Shown here: piece after piece, positions 1 through 10,806 of the stretch
Layout of the letters: each line of letters starts with the position of its first letter
Position numbering within the stretch: position 1 is the first letter of the stretch
Source: Litorimonas sp.
Lineage (GTDB): Bacteria; Pseudomonadota; Alphaproteobacteria; Caulobacterales; Maricaulaceae
Assembly: GCA_965205225.1 (NCBI GenBank)
Contig: CBDBFZ010000001.1
Location: forward strand, 24,906-88,905
DNA length: 64,000 bases
Direction: 5' to 3'
Program-made: the position numbers and the translations under genes
Notes under the pieces: model-generated
Seen by the model: the letters and a program-made list of their open reading frames with translations, nothing else
What the model was told of the DNA's origin: nothing
Databases searched by the model: none

Positions 1-1947
1 CAGCGGCACCATCGCATTGATGACATTTGCATTGCCGCGCATTTCCGTGCCTTCAATCATCCCCCGGCGAGAGTTCAGATCGCCGATGACATCGCCCATA
101 TATTCGTCCGGCGTCACCACTTCGACCTTCATGATCGGCTCGAGAAGCTTTATCTTGCCTTCCTGCTTGATCTCACGGAACGCGGCGCGGGCCGCGATCT
201 CAAAGGCCATCACAGAGGAGTCAACATCGTGGTAACCGCCGTCATAAAGCTCGGCCTTGAAGTCGATGACCGGGAAGCCCGCCAACAAACCCGTTTCGGC
301 CATGGTGCGGATGCCCTTTTCAACGCCAGGAATATATTCGCGCGGGACGTTACCACCCACAACGGAATTTTCGAAGATAATGCCTCCACCCGGCTCCAGC
401 GGCTCAAACCTGATCTTGATGCGACCAAACTGACCTGAACCACCCGACTGCTTCTTGTGCGTGTAGTCGATGTCGACCGCATGCGCGAGCGCTTCGCGGT
501 AGGCCACCTGTGGCTGACCGATATTCGCTTCGACGCCGAACTCGCGCTTCAGACGATCCACCAGGATGTCGAGGTGCAATTCGCCCATACCCGCCATGAT
601 TGTCTGACCGGATTCTTCATCCGTGCTGACACGAAAGGATGGATCTTCAGCCGCCAAACGCTGCAAGCCAATACCGAGTTTTTCTTGGTCCGTTTTAGTT
701 TTAGGCTCAACAGCGATCTCAATGACAGGATCGGGGAACTCCATACGTTCCAGAATGACAGGATTGCTTGTGTCGCAAAGTGTGTCACCCGTCGTCGTCC
801 GCTTCAGTCCGGCAACAGCAATGATATCGCCCGCATAAGCTTCCTGAATGTCTTCACGGTCATTGGAGTGCATCATCATCATACGGCCAACGCGCTCTTT
901 GTTCTCCTTAACAGAGTTGAGCAGCGTCGTGCCGGTTTCCAGCTTGCCGGAATAGATGCGGCAGAAGGTCAACGTTCCCACAAACTTGTCGTTCATGATT
1001 TTGAACGCCAACATGGAAAACGGTTCACTGTCGTCAGCTGGACGCGTGGTTTCTTCACCCGTCTTGGCATCGATGCCTTTGATCGCGTCAATGTCGAGCG
1101 GGCTCGGCAGGTAAGCAACAACGGCGTCGAGCAGAGGTTGAACACCTTTATTCTTGAACGCCGTACCGCAGAAGACAGGAACAACCTTATTGGCTATAGT
1201 CGCTGCACGCACGAGGTGCTGAATCGTTCCAACGTCAGGCATTTCGCCTTCGAAATATTTTTCCATGACCGCGTCGTCCATTTCGGCAACGGTTTCGATC
1301 AGAGCTGTACGGTATTCTTCAACCTTATCAGCCATGTGCGCAGGAACGTCGACTGTTTCGTAAGTCGCGCCCAGGTCAGCTTCAGCTTCCCAGACATAGG
1401 CGACATTCTTGACGAGATCGACAACACCCTTGAACTGATCTTCAGAGCCGATTGGCAGCTGCATTTCCAGAGCATTACTACCCAGACGGTCTTTCACGGA
1501 CTGCACGGAGTTATAAAAACTCGCGCCGATCTTATCCATCTTGTTGATGAAAATCATGCGCGGGACGTTATATTTGTCAGCCTGACGCCAGACAGTCTCA
1601 GTCTGAGGCTCCACACCCGCATTGGCATCGAGCAGCGCAACAGCGCCGTCGAGCACACGAAGCGAGCGCTCAACTTCAATCGTGAAGTCAACGTGTCCAG
1701 GCGTGTCGATAATGTTCAGGCGTTTGCCTGCCCAGAAACAGGTCGTCGCAGCCGACGTAATCGTGATGCCGCGCTCTTGTTCTTGCTCCATCCAGTCCAT
1801 GGTGGCCGCGCCATCATGGACTTCAGCAATTTTGTGGTTCTTACCAGTATAATAAAGGATCCGCTCAGTGCAGGTGGTTTTACCTGCATCGATGTGGGCC
1901 ATGATGCCAAAATTGCGGTAGTCCTTAAGGTCGTAATCGCGTGCCAT
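1..1947 (-). CDS. fusA: Elongation factor G (N-terminus inside window; C-terminal end runs off position 1)
   Basis: Reverse-strand translation from ATG (complement of 1945-1947) reads [35 protein letters not shown]... (GTPase AHIDAGKT motif). The frame stays open to position 1, where it reads ...[22 protein letters not shown].... It is absent from the ORF track because it has no stop inside the window. It sits downstream of rpsL-rpsG as in the str operon. Confidence 0.93.
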   Translation of the reverse strand, partial: MARDYDLKDYRNFGIMAHIDAGKTTCTERILYYTGKNHKIAEVHDGAATMDWMEQEQERGITITSAATTCFWAGKRLNIIDTPGHVDFTIEVERSLRVLDGAVALLDANAGVEPQTETVWRQADKYNVPRMIFINKMDKIGASFYNSVQSVKDRLGSNALEMQLPIGSEDQFKGVVDLVKNVAYVWEAEADLGATYETVDVPAHMADKVEEYRTALIETVAEMDDAVMEKYFEGEMPDVGTIQHLVRAATIANKVVPVFCGTAFKNKGVQPLLDAVVAYLPSPLDIDAIKGIDAKTGEETTRPADDSEPFSMLAFKIMNDKFVGTLTFCRIYSGKLETGTTLLNSVKENKERVGRMMMMHSNDREDIQEAYAGDIIAVAGLKRTTTGDTLCDTSNPVILERMEFPDPVIEIAVEPKTKTDQEKLGIGLQRLAAEDPSFRVSTDEESGQTIMAGMGELHLDILVDRLKREFGVEANIGQPQVAYREALAHAVDIDYTHKKQSGGSGQFGRIKIRFEPLEPGGGIIFENSVVGGNVPREYIPGVEKGIRTMAETGLLAGFPVIDFKAELYDGGYHDVDSSVMAFEIAARAAFREIKQEGKIKLLEPIMKVEVVTPDEYMGDVIGDLNSRRGMIEGTEMRGNANVINAMVPL

Positions 1948-1977
1948 CTCAGGCTCCTCGAAAGAATAGAATGTGAG

Positions 1978-2448
1978 TTACCAGCGGTAGTGTGAGAAGG
2001 CGCGGTTCGCTTCCGCCATGCGATGCGTATCTTCGCGTTTTTTCACAGCCGCGCCGCGGTTTTTGGCAGCGTCCAGTAATTCACCAGCGAGACGTTCGCG
2101 CATTGTATTTTCATTGCGGTTGCGCGACGCGCTAACCAACCAGCGAATGGCCAAAGCCTGACGGCGCTCAATGCGAACCTCGACAGGTACCTGATAGGTC
2201 GCACCACCCACGCGGCGTGAGCGCACTTCGACGGACGGTTTGATATTTTCCAGCGCGTCCTGAAAGATGCGAATCGACTCAGTCTTGGCCTTGTCTTCAA
2301 CGATGTCCATCGCCCCGTAGACGATGTTCTCGGCAGTGGATTTCTTACCATCAAGCATGATTGCATTCATGAATTTAGTCAAGACGATATCGCCATATTT
2401 GGCGTCCGGCAGGATTTCGCGTTTCTCGGCTCTGTGACGACGGGACAT
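1978..2448 (-). CDS. rpsG: 30S ribosomal protein S7
   Basis: 156-aa [23 protein letters not shown]...[14 protein letters not shown], typical S7 over its full length. It lies between rpsL and fusA. Confidence 0.96.
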   Translation of the reverse strand: MSRRHRAEKREILPDAKYGDIVLTKFMNAIMLDGKKSTAENIVYGAMDIVEDKAKTESIRIFQDALENIKPSVEVRSRRVGGATYQVPVEVRIERRQALAIRWLVSASRNRNENTMRERLAGELLDAAKNRGAAVKKREDTHRMAEANRAFSHYRW

Positions 2449-2459
2449 GATCTACTCTC

Positions 2460-2831
2460 TTATTTCGGACGCTTGGCGCCGTATTTCGAACGACGCTGAC
2501 GGCGATCTTTCACGCCTTGCGTATCCAGAACACCACGCAGAACGTGATAACGCACACCCGGCAAGTCTTTCACGCGTCCGCCGCGGATCAGAACAACACT
2601 GTGTTCCTGTAGATTGTGGCCTTCACCTGGGATATAGCTCAGCACTTCAAAACCATTGGTCAGGCGCACCTTGGCCACTTTCCGCAAAGCCGAGTTCGGC
2701 TTCTTTGGTGTGGTTGTGTAAACACGCGTACAGACGCCGCGTTTCTGCGGGCAGGCTTCCAGAGCTGGAACCTTCTTACGCTTGCGCTTGTCCTTCCGGG
2801 GCTTGCGAATAAGCTGCTGGATGGTTGGCAT
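2460..2831 (-). CDS. rpsL: 30S ribosomal protein S12
   Basis: The track ORF 2460..2888 contains [52 protein letters not shown].... The canonical S12 start MPTIQQL is 19 codons inside the ORF, giving a start at 2831. Confidence 0.95.
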   Translation of the reverse strand: MPTIQQLIRKPRKDKRKRKKVPALEACPQKRGVCTRVYTTTPKKPNSALRKVAKVRLTNGFEVLSYIPGEGHNLQEHSVVLIRGGRVKDLPGVRYHVLRGVLDTQGVKDRRQRRSKYGAKRPK

Positions 2832-3048
2832 ACAGGCCGTCCTTGTTTCGTATTTATAGAGCGCCTGATATGCAGCGCGTTCCTTCACAAAGCGCAGATA
2901 ACTGCCTCTTCCATTGGAAGATTCGAATAACCTGCTGGAATAAAAACCGGCCCGGCGGCGGTTACAATCGGGCCAATTAATGTCTCAATTTCGTCTCGAA
3001 CGAGGTTTCTGTGGCGACCCACAGACAGCATGTCCACTGACGGGCGGG

Positions 3049-3077
3049 CATATAATCAGGCCTTTTCGGCTCGTCAA
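3049..3077 (-). promoter_or_regulatory. Candidate sigma70-type promoter for the rpsL-rpsG-fusA operon
   Basis: On the minus strand: TTGACG (complement of 3072-3077), a 17-nt spacer, then TATATG (complement of 3049-3054). It lies about 210 nt upstream of the rpsL start, between rpsL and the IS insertion. Motif match only. Confidence 0.25.
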
Positions 3078-3166
3078 CCGGGGAATGCGGTTTGCACGCT
3101 GCCCTAATCACAGGATAGCTTACTGGGCTTCGTCTTCGACAGCTTCCATAACCTGCAGCAGATTAG

Positions 3167-4011
3167 GCTGTAGTGAAGAGTTAACTTTTATTTTCTATAA
3201 TGTTCCTTCATTTTGTCAGGAGCGCACATATGTCTGGTTATCAGGAACTTACGGATGAACAATGGAGCCGTTTAAAGCCTTATTTGCCTTATGGGAGCAC
3301 AGGGAAACCGGGTCGCAACGCCAATAACAGGCTTTTCATTGATGCTTTGTTGTGGATGGCCCGTTCGGGCGGGCGTTGGCGCGATTTACCCGAACGGTTC
3401 GGGCGTTTTGACAGTGTCAAACGGCGTTATTATCTCTGGGTTGAGGCCGGGGTTTTAGAAGATGTCTTTAAGGCCTTGCGCACCCACGCTGATCAAGAGT
3501 GGCTGATGATGGATGCCACAATTGTGCGGGCGCATGCCCAAGCGGCCGGAGCGCGGCATAAAAAAGGGGGCCTGATGCCCATGCATTGGGGCGTTCCAAG
3601 GGCGGCCTGACGACAAAAATACATGGGCTGACAGATGCATTGGGTTTACCTCTGCGCCTGATAGCAACGGGCGGGCATTGTAGCGAAATGACGCAAGCCG
3701 CCGTCTTATTGGCAGGGTTTAAGGCGGATCATGTCTTGGCGGATAAGGGCTATGATGGCCGGTGCGTTATAGACGTGGTGAATGAGAGCGGGGCTATGCC
3801 CGTTATTCCGTCCCGAAAAAATGCGCGCAAGCCAAGGCAAACTGATATGGCTTTGTATAAGGAACGTAATATTGTCGAGCGTTTCTTTGGCTATCTCAAA
3901 CAGTTCCGGCGTGTGGCTACGCGATATGACAAGCATATCCAAAACTATATGGGCTTCGTCTATATCGCAGCTATCAAAATCTGGCTCAAATGATTAATGC
4001 TTCTCTACGAC
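3167..4011 (+). mobile_element. IS5-family (IS427-group-like) insertion sequence, copy 1, 845 bp
   Basis: Imperfect terminal inverted repeats GCTGTAGTGAAGAGTTAA (left) and GTCGTAGAGAAGCATTAA (right, reverse-complemented). Flanked by the 4-bp direct repeat TTAG (3163-3166 and 4012-4015). Two overlapping transposase ORFs. Near-identical to the copy at 8900-9759. Confidence 0.88.
3230..3993 (+). CDS. IS5-family DDE transposase, orfA-orfB joined by a putative -1 frameshift at the A6G5 run (3560-3570)
   Basis: orfA reads MSGYQELTDEQWSRLKPYLP...AHAQAAGARHKKGG. orfB, in the -1 frame, reads ...LGRSKGGLTTKIHGLTDALGLPL...ADKGYDG...NIVERFFGYLKQFRRVATRYDK..., typical of IS5/IS427-group transposases. AGGAG lies upstream of the ATG at 3230. 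Confidence 0.8.
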
Positions 4012-4136
4012 TTAGGCAGGCATCGGCATGTAGCGTCCGGTCAGCAGTGTGGGTACGGCAAAAGACCGAACCTCCAATGAAAAAGAGTAAGCAGAAGCTC
4101 TTAACACTCCGTGACCGTGAGCCTAGATGACGCGTT

Positions 4137-6233
4137 ATGACCAACCATATCGATAAAGCTCCTGAGGCCGAAAAACGCCCACACACGCAGCGCCGTTTTG
4201 ACCATGAATGGACGGATCACTATGCTTGGCTGAAGGACTCGGATTGGCAGACGGTGCTACGTGACCCGTCGAAACTTTCAGGCGACATTCGGGCCCATCT
4301 GGAGGCGGAGAACAGTTATACGGCGTCGATCCTAGAACCTTTGAAGAGTCTCGACACGGCATTATTTGAAGAGATGAAAGCCCGGCTGGAGCCCGCCCGA
4401 TCTTCAATCAAACTGCCAGACGGTCCCTGGACATATTATCACCGCTTCGAAGCGGGCCAGGAACACGGCACCTACATGCGCGAGCCACGCGACGGCGGCG
4501 ACGCCCAGATCATGCTGAATGCGGAAGCGCTCAGTCAGGCTGCAGATGGGTTTTTTGATGTTGACGATGTGAGCCAAAGCCCGGATCATGCCCGTGTCGC
4601 CTATGGGCTGGATCTCAAAGGGGCTGAAAACAATCAGGTCTTTGTCGGCCCTGCGTCAGGCGGTGAGGCGCAATTCACCGGTATTGATACAGCCGCTGGT
4701 GCACTGGTCTGGGCAGCAGATTCCAAAACGCTGTTCTGGGTAGAGCGTGATGAGAACCAGCGTCCCTCAAAAGTTCTCTTCCGGGATGTTGATAAACCGA
4801 TGGCGGCGAATACGGCCTATGTTGAAACGGACCCGGGGTTTTTTGTGGGTGTCGGACATTCTGACGATGATCGACATATCGTCATCTCCGCCCATGACCA
4901 CACAACGAGTGAGGTCTGGGCGGTGCCTATGGATGCGCCGGGCATTGAACCTGTGTGTTTTGCTCCGCGGCGAAGCGGCGTTGAATATGATGTCGCGCCG
5001 CAAGGCGGAATGACTTACATTCTGTCGAATGATCGGGACGCGGTCGATTTCGCAATCTTTCGATCGGACACTCCATTGGGCGAGACAAGCGATCCGGCGA
5101 ACTGGTCACCCTATATCGATCACAGACCTGGTCGTCTGATCCTGGGTCTGAATGCCTATTCTGGGCATCTGGTGCGGCTGGAACGCGAAAATGCGCTGCC
5201 GCGCATCGTCATCCGCGACATGGTAAACGGGACAGAACACACCATTGAGATGGATGAGGATGCCTATTCGCTCGGCCTGGTCAGCGGGTATGAATATGAC
5301 ACGGCGCTGATCCACTACAGCTATAGTAGCCCGACGACCCCGGTTTCCGTCTATGCCTATGACATGGCGGCGCGGAATCGGACATTGGTTCACCGCCAGA
5401 CCGTGCCCAGCGGGCATGATCCGGACGATTATGTGACAGAGCGGATCGAGATCTCGGCGAGGGACGGGGACACAGTCCCGGTGACTCTGCTATACCGCAA
5501 GGGGGTCAAACCGGACGGATCAAACCCGCTTCTGCTCTATGGGTATGGATCCTACGGACATACGATTCCCGCTGACTTTCGCACGGGCCGTCTGAGCCTG
5601 GTTGATCGAGGTTTTGTCTACGCCATTGCCCATATTCGCGGCGGCATGGCCAAAGGGTATGGCTGGTATGAATCAGGGAAACTGGATCGAAAGATCAACA
5701 CATTCAACGACTTCGTTGATGTAGGCCGCGCTCTGGTTGACCTCGGATGGACCACACGAGGACAGGTCGTGGCGCATGGCGGATCAGCAGGAGGGCTGCT
5801 GGTCGGCGCTGCGCTTAATCAGGATCCGGGCCTGTTCGGCGCTGTCATCGGTGCCGTTCCGTTCATCGATGTGCTCAACACGATGAGCGATACGGACCTG
5901 CCGCTGACGCCACCAGAATGGCCGGAATGGGGCAACCCGATTGAAGACGAGGCCGCGTTCCGGATGATACTGAGCTACAGCCCGTATGAAAATATCCGAC
6001 AGACTGACTATCCACCGGTTCTGATCACGGGCGGGCTGACCGATCCGCGGGTGACCTATTGGGAACCCGCCAAATGGGCGGCCCGATTGCGCGATCATCA
6101 AACGGGCGACGCCCCGATTCTGCTGAAGATGAATATGGAAGCGGGCCACCAGGGCGAAAGTGGTCGCTATCAATCGCTCAAAGAGACGGCGACCGAATAT
6201 GCCTTCGCACTCTGGGCTGTCGGGAAGAGTTAG
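4137..6233 (+). CDS. ptrB: S9-family serine peptidase, oligopeptidase B-like
   Basis: 698 aa. The C-terminal alpha/beta-hydrolase domain carries ...VAHGGSAGGLLVGAALNQ... (GxSxGG nucleophile motif). The long N-terminal region is propeller-like. Length and layout match oligopeptidase B. Confidence 0.78.
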   Translation: MTNHIDKAPEAEKRPHTQRRFDHEWTDHYAWLKDSDWQTVLRDPSKLSGDIRAHLEAENSYTASILEPLKSLDTALFEEMKARLEPARSSIKLPDGPWTYYHRFEAGQEHGTYMREPRDGGDAQIMLNAEALSQAADGFFDVDDVSQSPDHARVAYGLDLKGAENNQVFVGPASGGEAQFTGIDTAAGALVWAADSKTLFWVERDENQRPSKVLFRDVDKPMAANTAYVETDPGFFVGVGHSDDDRHIVISAHDHTTSEVWAVPMDAPGIEPVCFAPRRSGVEYDVAPQGGMTYILSNDRDAVDFAIFRSDTPLGETSDPANWSPYIDHRPGRLILGLNAYSGHLVRLERENALPRIVIRDMVNGTEHTIEMDEDAYSLGLVSGYEYDTALIHYSYSSPTTPVSVYAYDMAARNRTLVHRQTVPSGHDPDDYVTERIEISARDGDTVPVTLLYRKGVKPDGSNPLLLYGYGSYGHTIPADFRTGRLSLVDRGFVYAIAHIRGGMAKGYGWYESGKLDRKINTFNDFVDVGRALVDLGWTTRGQVVAHGGSAGGLLVGAALNQDPGLFGAVIGAVPFIDVLNTMSDTDLPLTPPEWPEWGNPIEDEAAFRMILSYSPYENIRQTDYPPVLITGGLTDPRVTYWEPAKWAARLRDHQTGDAPILLKMNMEAGHQGESGRYQSLKETATEYAFALWAVGKS

Positions 6234-6709
6234 ATGAACTGTCCGGTTTCGAGGTTCTTACGGACATTTCGGACCGGGATAATGCGCCCATTCATGACGG
6301 CATAGACCCCTGCGGATAAGGTTTGCGCGGCAATGAGGGCGCCGCCGAGATTGAATTCCGCGTCTGATCTCCAAAGGGATTGCGGCCGCATCGCCCCTGT
6401 CAGAACCACGGTCTTACCACGCACATGGCCGAGCAGATGTTGAGCGGTCTGCTCCATAGTCCCTGTGCCGTGAGTGATGACGATATGCTCCTCCGGCGCG
6501 TTCACAACGGCGCACAGAATGGCCTCGCGATGCTCCAGTGTCATGTCCAGACTGTCGATCGACATCAGACTTTCAACGCGCGGGAAATCAATACGCCCAT
6601 ATTTCAGTATTTCGGGCACGGTCGTGCTACCGTCGAACATGAGTGTTTCCGTTCGCACGTCATGAACCTTGTCGATCGTTCCGCCTGTTGTGAAGATCAG
6701 AACGTCCAT
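6230..6709 (-). CDS. Asparaginase-domain protein (short, N-terminal-domain type)
   Basis: MDVLIFTTGGTIDKVHDV...ITHGTGTMEQTA... carries the TGGTI and HGTGTM asparaginase motifs. AGGAG lies 6 nt upstream of the ATG at 6709. The longer track ORF start (6889) would overlap panD. Its stop converges with and overlaps the ptrB stop. Confidence 0.6.
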   Translation of the reverse strand: MDVLIFTTGGTIDKVHDVRTETLMFDGSTTVPEILKYGRIDFPRVESLMSIDSLDMTLEHREAILCAVVNAPEEHIVITHGTGTMEQTAQHLLGHVRGKTVVLTGAMRPQSLWRSDAEFNLGGALIAAQTLSAGVYAVMNGRIIPVRNVRKNLETGQFI

Positions 6710-6826
6710 AATCATCTCCTGAACGTAGACTAAATGCACCACAGAGCAACCTTGCAGAAACGTGGCTTCTCCTTTTGCGACTCTTCGGCACACCCTATAT
6801 AGGTTTTGTAGCAATCCGGAGACCCC

Positions 6827-7228
6827 ATGATCCTCACAATGATGAAAGGCAAGATCCACCGTGCCACAGTGACTCAGGCCGATCTCCACTATGAAGGGTC
6901 GATTTCGATCGATCAGGACCTTCTCGACATGGCCGGAATTCTGGAGAACGAACAGGTGGACATCCTCAATATCGACAATGGCGAGCGGTTTACAACCTAT
7001 GCCATCACGGCGCCGCGAGGGTCCAAGACGTTTGGTCTGAACGGTGCGGCTGCCCGCCGGGTGCAGCTGGGCGATAAGATTATCATCATTACATACGCTC
7101 AGATGGACGCCGAAGTCGCCAAATCCTACGTCCCGAACGTCGTTCTGCTGGATGAAAACAATGAAGTTGTCAGCCTCCTTTGTCCGCGAACGGATAAGCG
7201 ACGGATCGTCACTAGCGGGCGTGCCTAG
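6827..7228 (+). CDS. panD: Aspartate 1-decarboxylase
   Basis: [34 protein letters not shown]... contains the Gly-Ser self-processing site (YEGSISID) and the conserved PanD core. Confidence 0.9.
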   Translation: MILTMMKGKIHRATVTQADLHYEGSISIDQDLLDMAGILENEQVDILNIDNGERFTTYAITAPRGSKTFGLNGAAARRVQLGDKIIIITYAQMDAEVAKSYVPNVVLLDENNEVVSLLCPRTDKRRIVTSGRA

Positions 7229-7245
7229 CCGAGAGAGTCACCCAT

Positions 7246-7274
7246 AAAAAAGCCCGCCAATTTGGCGGGCTTTC
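7246..7274. terminator. Bidirectional rho-independent terminator between convergent panD and rplI
   Basis: AAAAAAGCCCGCC-AATTT-GGCGGGCTTT. The 8-bp GC stem (7251-7258 / 7264-7271) is flanked by an A-run and a T-run. Confidence 0.65.
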
Positions 7275-7298
7275 GCATTTGGAAACGGGAAGAGAAGG

Positions 7299-8018
7299 TT
7301 ACTCTTCTTCCTCCGTTGAGACAGCGACCTCTGCAGAAGGTTTTTTCACTGGGTTGGGGTGAGCGGCCCGGCTGAGATCGGCTTCCGTTGCCATACCTTC
7401 GGGGGCATCGCCTTCGGTCACAGTCTCGTCGGCCACAGCCTCTGGCGTATCGCCGTCAAACATCTCAGCGACAATTTCAGCGCGCTCCTGAGCGGTTTCA
7501 TTGGCATCGGCGCGTTCTTCGGCCTGTTGCGTCGCGATAACGTCTTCGCCTTTGGCTTGACGTTCGGCTTCGTCCTCGGATCGAGCAACATTGACCGAGA
7601 TCGACACTGAGATTTCCGCGTGAAGACGAATCATGAGATCATGCACGCCCAGCGTTTTGATCGGGGCCTTGATAATGATCTGATTCCGTTTGACCGAAAT
7701 GCCTTTGACCGTCAGCGCTTCATAGACATCGCGAACAGACACGGAGCCGTAAAGCTGGCCGGTATCACCAGCGCGGCGGATCATGGTGATCTGCGTACCG
7801 TCGATTTCCTTGCCTTCTTCGCCAGCGCGTTCGCGGTTTTCCGCATTACGCTGTTCAAGATACTCACGCTCGGCTTTAAACCGGGCCTTGTTGGCTTTTG
7901 TGGCGCGCAGCGCTTTATCCTGAAGAATCAGGAAGTTACGAGCAAAGCCAGGCTTGACCGACACGACGTCGCCCATATTGCCGAGCTTTTCGACACGTTC
8001 GAGAAGAATAACGTCCAT
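7299..8018 (-). CDS. rplI: 50S ribosomal protein L9 with a long acidic C-terminal extension
   Basis: MDVILLERVEKLGNMGDVVSVKPGFARNFL... is a typical L9 N-terminus. It follows rpsF-rpsR. The last ~80 aa are rich in Glu, Asp and Ala. Confidence 0.9.
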   Translation of the reverse strand: MDVILLERVEKLGNMGDVVSVKPGFARNFLILQDKALRATKANKARFKAEREYLEQRNAENRERAGEEGKEIDGTQITMIRRAGDTGQLYGSVSVRDVYEALTVKGISVKRNQIIIKAPIKTLGVHDLMIRLHAEISVSISVNVARSEDEAERQAKGEDVIATQQAEERADANETAQERAEIVAEMFDGDTPEAVADETVTEGDAPEGMATEADLSRAAHPNPVKKPSAEVAVSTEEEE

Positions 8019-8032
8019 TGTCCGGTTCCTTC

Positions 8033-8293
8033 CTATTTAACTTCGTAGGGAAGCAAACCGAGGAAGCGGGCACGCTTGATCGCACGGGCCAGCTCACGCT
8101 GCTTCTTGTGAGAGACGGCGGTGATACGTGCCGGTGCGATCTTGCCCTTTTCGGACATGTAGCGCTGTAGCATCTTCGGGTCTTTATAATCGATTGTCTG
8201 GCCATTCTTACCGGAGAAAGGGCAGACTTTGCGACCACGCTGGAACGGAGTCCGGGACGGCAGGTTTTCGATGCGAATGTCTTGTTTTGCCAT
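8033..8293 (-). CDS. rpsR: 30S ribosomal protein S18
   Basis: The 86-aa ORF contains ...[50 protein letters not shown], typical of S18. Confidence 0.95.
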   Translation of the reverse strand: MAKQDIRIENLPSRTPFQRGRKVCPFSGKNGQTIDYKDPKMLQRYMSEKGKIAPARITAVSHKKQRELARAIKRARFLGLLPYEVK

Positions 8294-8308
8294 GATTTCA
8301 GCCCTTTA

Positions 8309-8659
8309 CTAGTTGCGGTCGCGGCGCTTGCGCTCTTCGCGCTTCTTGAGAATTGCAGACGGCTCTTCGTTGAATTCTTCAACGAAGATGGTCAGATAGC
8401 GCAGAACGTCTTCGTTGATCCGGTGTTGGCGCTCGATTTCGTGCAGCAGTCCTGGCTCGGCGTTCACTTTCAGTAAGCTGTAATGCGATTTGCGGTTTTT
8501 GTTCATGCTGTAAGCGAGGTTGCGCAAACCCCAATATTCAGCGCCTTCGACGGTTGCACCGAGCGTTTCGATTTTGGTCGCGAGGGTTTGCATGAATTCT
8601 TCGACTTGGGTCGAAGAAATATCTGGGCGCATTAGCACCACATGCTCGTAAAGAGCCAT
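8309..8659 (-). CDS. rpsF: 30S ribosomal protein S6
   Basis: MALYEHVVLMRPDISSTQVEEF... starts 20 codons inside the track ORF 8309..8719. It is the first gene of rpsF-rpsR-rplI. Confidence 0.9.
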   Translation of the reverse strand: MALYEHVVLMRPDISSTQVEEFMQTLATKIETLGATVEGAEYWGLRNLAYSMNKNRKSHYSLLKVNAEPGLLHEIERQHRINEDVLRYLTIFVEEFNEEPSAILKKREERKRRDRN

Positions 8660-8899
8660 AGGATCATCCTTCAAATCGTGGTGACGGCGATACTGGCCCG
8701 TGAAGGTGAGGCCAAACATCGATGGATGGGCGAAACGGGATCATTCCCGAAACCCACCGTCAATCGGTGAAACGCGCCGCATAGTTGAGTGGACTGTGGA
8801 TTGCAAGCGGCGGCGGCAGACTATGTTCTCCGAAAGCTTGGGAAACTTAGGCTGTCAGTTAGTCTCACCGGAACCAGGTTCAGGCCTCATTAAATCTAG

Positions 8900-9759
8900 G
8901 CTGTAGTGAAGAGTTAACTTTTATTTTCTATAATGTTCCTTCATTTTGTCAGGAGCGCACATATGTCTGGTTATCAGGAACTTACGGATGAACAATGGAG
9001 CCGTTTAAAGCCTTATTTGCCTTATGGGAGCACAGGGAAACCGGGTCGCAACGCCAATAACAGGCTTTTCATTGATGCTTTGTTGTGGATGGCCCGTTCG
9101 GGCGGGCGTTGGCGCGATTTACCCGAACGGTTCGGGCGTTTTGACAGTGTCAAACGGCGTTATTATCTCTGGGTTGAGGCCGGGGTTTTAGAAGATGTCT
9201 TTAAGGCCTTGCGCACCCACGCTGATCAAGAGTGGCTGATGATGGATGCCACAATTGTGCGGGCGCATGCCCAAGCGGCCGGGGCGCGGCATAAAAAAGG
9301 GGGCCTGATGCCCACGCATTGGGGCGTTCCAGGGGGGGACGTTCCAAGGGCGGCCTGACGACAAAAATACATGGGCTGACAGATGCATTGGGTTTAGCTC
9401 TGCGCCTGATAGCAACGGGCGGGCATTGTAGCGAAATGACGCAAGCCGCCGCCTTATTGGCAGGGTTTAAGGCGGATCATGTCTTGGCGGATAAGGGCTA
9501 TGATGGCCGGTGCGTTATAGACGCGGTGAATGAGAGCGGGGCTATGCCCGTTATTCCGTCCCGGAAAAATGCGCGCAAGCCAAGGCAAACTGATATGGCT
9601 TTGTATAAGGAACGTAATATTGTCGAGCGTTTCTTTGGCTATCTCAAACAGTTCCGGCGTGTGGCTACGCGATATGACAAGCATATCCAAAACTATATGG
9701 GCTTCGTCTATATCGCAGCTATCAAGATCTGGCTCAAATGATTAATGCTTCTCTACGAC
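8900..9759 (+). mobile_element. IS5-family (IS427-group-like) insertion sequence, copy 2, 860 bp
   Basis: Same termini as copy 1. Flanked by the 4-bp direct repeat CTAG (8896-8899 and 9760-9763). It differs from copy 1 by a handful of substitutions and one 15-bp imperfect tandem duplication (about 9332-9346). Confidence 0.88.
8963..9741 (+). CDS. IS5-family DDE transposase (orfA-orfB, putative -1 frameshift), copy 2
   Basis: Same protein as 3230..3993, with a 5-aa insertion (LGRSRGGRSKGGLTTK) just after the frameshift window. Confidence 0.78.
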
Positions 9760-9858
9760 CTAGGGTATCAGATGGCGATCCTTATACTCTGGAAAGGCCG
9801 TGTTTGATCCGTTAGATACCGTGAATTGCAAACCAGTCAAAACGGTATTGAGGAATCA

Positions 9859-10803
9859 ATGGCATTCGCATTCACATTCCCCGGACAAGGCAATCAGTTC
9901 GTTGGCATGGGCCAAGCCCTCGCCGAGGCATTTCCGTCTGCCCGCGATGTTTTTGACCGGGTTGACGCTGCGCTGGGTGAAAAACTGTCCGATCTCGTGT
10001 GGAATGGACCAGCAGAACAACTGACACTAACCGCCAACACGCAACCCGCCTTGATGGCGGGCGGCATGGCAGCGATGGCGGCATTGGAAGACGCGCACGG
10101 TATTACTGTGGATCAGGCGAAGTTCGTCGCGGGTCACTCGCTCGGCGAATATACGGCACTTTGTGCTGCGGGGAGCCTGTCCATCGAGGATACCGCTAGG
10201 CTCCTGCGCATTCGCGGCAACGCCATGCAATCTGCCGTTCCAGCAGGAAAAGGGGCTATGGCGGCTCTGCTTGGAGCGTCCTTTGAGCAGGCCGAAGCGG
10301 TTGTTGCAGCGGGTCTGGCGGAAGGAGATTGCCAGATCGCCAATGATAATGCGCCGGGGCAGATCGTTATCTCCGGTGAAAAGCTCGCTGTCGAAGCCGC
10401 CGCTGGAAATGCCAAAGATCTCGGCGTGAAGAAAGCGGTTATCCTACCTGTTTCCGCGCCGTTTCATTGCGCCCTGATGCAACCCGCCGCAGATGCGATG
10501 GCGGACGCGTTGGAAAATGTCGATATGGACGCGCCGCGTGTGGCGATTGTCAGTAATGTGCAGGCTGCGCCTGTGACGGATCCGATCCAGCTGCGGACCG
10601 ACTTGGTCACGCAGGTCACAGGACGGGTCCGTTGGCGCGAAACCATGCGGTATATGTTTGATAATGGAGTCGATCTGTTCGCCGAGCCCGGTTGTGGCAA
10701 GGTGCTTTCCGTTATGATGCGCCGCGCTTTGCCGGACGCGAAAGGCCTGCCGCTGGACACACCGGATGCCTTGGCTGAATTTGCAGACTTAGTGAAGGGA
10801 TAG
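9859..10803 (+). CDS. fabD: Malonyl-CoA:ACP transacylase
   Basis: MAFAFTFPGQGNQFVGMG...FVAGHSLGEYTAL... carries the GHSLGE active-site motif. It is the first gene of the fabD-fabG-acpP-fabF cluster. The start is 11 codons inside the track ORF. Confidence 0.92.
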   Translation: MAFAFTFPGQGNQFVGMGQALAEAFPSARDVFDRVDAALGEKLSDLVWNGPAEQLTLTANTQPALMAGGMAAMAALEDAHGITVDQAKFVAGHSLGEYTALCAAGSLSIEDTARLLRIRGNAMQSAVPAGKGAMAALLGASFEQAEAVVAAGLAEGDCQIANDNAPGQIVISGEKLAVEAAAGNAKDLGVKKAVILPVSAPFHCALMQPAADAMADALENVDMDAPRVAIVSNVQAAPVTDPIQLRTDLVTQVTGRVRWRETMRYMFDNGVDLFAEPGCGKVLSVMMRRALPDAKGLPLDTPDALAEFADLVKG

Positions 10804-10806
10804 GAC

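Noticed and set aside
457-1995. 512-aa plus-strand ORF, the longest ORF in the first 2 kb
   Set aside because: It is antisense to an unmistakable EF-G reading frame on the minus strand. Its sequence is low-information (rich in R, H, F, V) with no recognisable motifs. It is a typical shadow ORF in GC-rich coding DNA.
3167-9759. Composite transposon formed by the two IS427-like copies
   Set aside because: Each copy has its own matching 4-bp target duplication (TTAG/TTAG and CTAG/CTAG). A composite element would carry one duplication at the outer ends only. The enclosed genes (rpsF, rpsR, rplI, panD) are core.
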